The translations under genes and the position numbers were made by a program. Below, in pieces: positions 62,297 to 64,000 of a stretch of 64,000 nucleotides of DNA. Origin of the DNA: Callorhinchus milii (taxonomy: Eukaryota); assembly GCF_018977255.1 (NCBI RefSeq), contig NW_024704836.1:62001-126000 (forward strand), written 5' to 3'. Positions within the stretch are counted from its first letter, which is position 1. Every line of letters starts with the position of its first letter. The notes below the pieces were generated by a model that saw nothing but the letters and a program-made list of their open reading frames with translations, was not told the origin of the DNA and searched no databases.

Positions 62297-63523
62297 CAAA
62301 GCGTGAGAGAGACAGATCTCTCGTACATAAACCTTACACAGGATACCCAACCACTCGATTCTATACACACACACACCAGCCCCTCCCACGCTAACACCTG
62401 CCCTCAGTCTCTGCAGAAATAAAACGCATCAACACAGACGATTGAGAGACAGAGAGAAATAGAGGTTCAGGGCCGGAGTAGCCACGGCTCCATGTCGCCC
62501 ACTCCACACTGTTCCCTCTGTGTCTCTGAATCTGGGACCAATTTTGTGATCTGTGTTCCTGACCAATACCCCGGGGGAGGCTGTAACTTCACTCGGTTAG
62601 TTCCTGGGATGAGGGAACTGACCTATGAGGAGAGGCTGAATAAACTGGGACTGTATTTTCTGGAGTACAGAAGAATTAGGGGGGATCTTATTAAAACATA
62701 TAAGATTATTAAAGGGCTGATAAAGTAGACACTGAGGGTCTGTTTCCCCGGTGGGAGAATCTATAACCGGGGGTCACAGTCTTAACATTAAGGGTCAGCC
62801 TTTTAGAACAGAGTTGAGGAAACATTTCTTCATTCAGAGGGCAGTGACTTTATGGAATCCACTCCCCCAGAAGGCTGTAGATGTCAGTCCTTGAACATCT
62901 TCAAGGCTGAGACTGATAGATGTTTAAAAAATAGAGGGATTAGTGGATATGGGGATAGAGCAGGTAATTAGAGTTAGGTCAGAAGATCAGCCATGATCTT
63001 ATCAAATGGCGGGGCAGCTCGAGGGGCCAAATGACCGACTTCTGCTCCTAATTCTTATGTTCTTATGTTCACTCACAGGCTTCCCTTTCCCCACAAAAGA
63101 GCTTCCAATTCAACCCCAATCCCCCGCTCTCTCTCCATAACCTGCAAACTTGTCCTCCCCAAATAGTTATCTGCTTCTCCCTGAGAAGCTGTTATCGAAT
63201 GGGCTTCCACCAGCCTTTCAGGCAACGCATTCCAGATGCATCTGTGTCTCTATCTCTGAATTTGGCACCAATTTTGGGACCCGCTGTACCCAGTTCATAC
63301 CCCGGGGGAGGCTGTAGCTTCACTAAGACACCTCCCCTCCTCCCCAGCTCCACCTCCCATCACTGGGGGGAGGTGAGGCCCACTTCCGATGTGGTGCAGA
63401 CTTTACTCTGTCAGAGCTTCATTCCAGAGACATAGAGAGAGGGAGAGACAGAGAGACAGTGACAGAGAGAGGAACCTGAGCTCTGGTGTGAGGTTCCCAA
63501 TGTTAATCCAAGTCTCTGCCTCA

Positions 63524-64000
63524 ATGAGTCTGTCCTTTCTCACCGTCTCTCTGATCTCCATCCTCTGGCCCTGTGAGTATCTCTCAACATCTCTCTCATC
63601 CCCGTAAACTCTCAAATCCACAGGGATTACATATCACACCCTCTCTCTGTCCGCCATGATTGCGCTTTGTGTGTGTGCGTAATCCATTGAACACCCCCCA
63701 GGACATTCAGCACAGATTCCCTGTCGGCGGATCTCATTGTTATATTGCCTTTGCAGGTCTGTCACTGGGAGCTTTGGTGACTCAGAGGCCGCGGACAGTC
63801 ACAGCCAGAGAGGGGGAGACAGTGAGTTTGAGATGTAGCCACAACGACAAATCCCTTGATATGATGCTTTGGTACATCCAACCCCATCAGGGAGGCCTCA
63901 CATTGATTGGATATAATGAATACTCAACTGTATATGAGGACAAGTTTAAATCCGGCTACAACATTACCAAGACACCTGACAACATGAACTCCACCCTGGA
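63524..64000 (+). CDS. V42, duplicate of V17, truncated by window edge (V exon from 63757)
   Basis: Leader 63524-63572, acceptor, open V frame. Confidence 0.88.

Larger units (their letters stand above)
42860..64000 (+). repeat. Right, cleaner copy of the ~21 kb duplication
   Basis: Same gene order and repeat insertions, with intact V ORFs. Confidence 0.95.

Noticed and set aside
1-64000. CRISPR-like or VLR-like cassette system suggested by conserved repeats alternating with variable segments
   Set aside because: The units are spliced Ig-V genes with RAG RSSs; there are no cas genes or LRR cassettes.

Overview
Vertebrate genomic DNA, not microbial. The CR1 + L2 + Deu-type SINE repeat mix suggests a cartilaginous fish or another non-teleost fish (inference). 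The window is a very compact tandem array of 42 antigen-receptor V gene segments of one family. They are T-cell-receptor-like, best guess TRBV-like. Each 1.1-1.7 kb unit has a promoter module, a 49-bp (or 43-bp) phase-1 leader exon (MSLSFLTVSLISILWP/C), a 0.2-0.45 kb intron, a V exon (LSLGALVTQ..C..WY.QPHQGGLTLIGY..YYCAARE) and a 23-bp-spacer RSS (CACAGCG-23-ACATAAACC). No D, J or C segment is visible. Orientation blocks: V1-5 minus, a head-to-head centre at 6.5-9.3 kb, V6-17 plus, a 30-N gap at 26820-26849, V18-30 minus, a second copy of the centre, V31-42 plus. About 4.9-26.0 kb is repeated almost identically at 42.9-64.0 kb. The left copy is rich in 1-bp indels, so a haplotype or assembly duplication is likely, leaving about 29 distinct V genes. 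Main biological signal: leaders, FR1, FR2 and RSSs are near-identical, while CDR1 and CDR2/FR3 occur as discrete cassettes reassorted across the invariant FR2, down to 15-20-nt patches. This points to intense germline gene conversion or unequal exchange. Other leads are a self-contained V unit (stop codon inside the nonamer plus a downstream AATAAA), a frame-compensated shifted splice acceptor, an RSS-dead but ORF-intact V, and a GGAA (ETS) cluster at the inversion centre. V numbering is mine, left to right.
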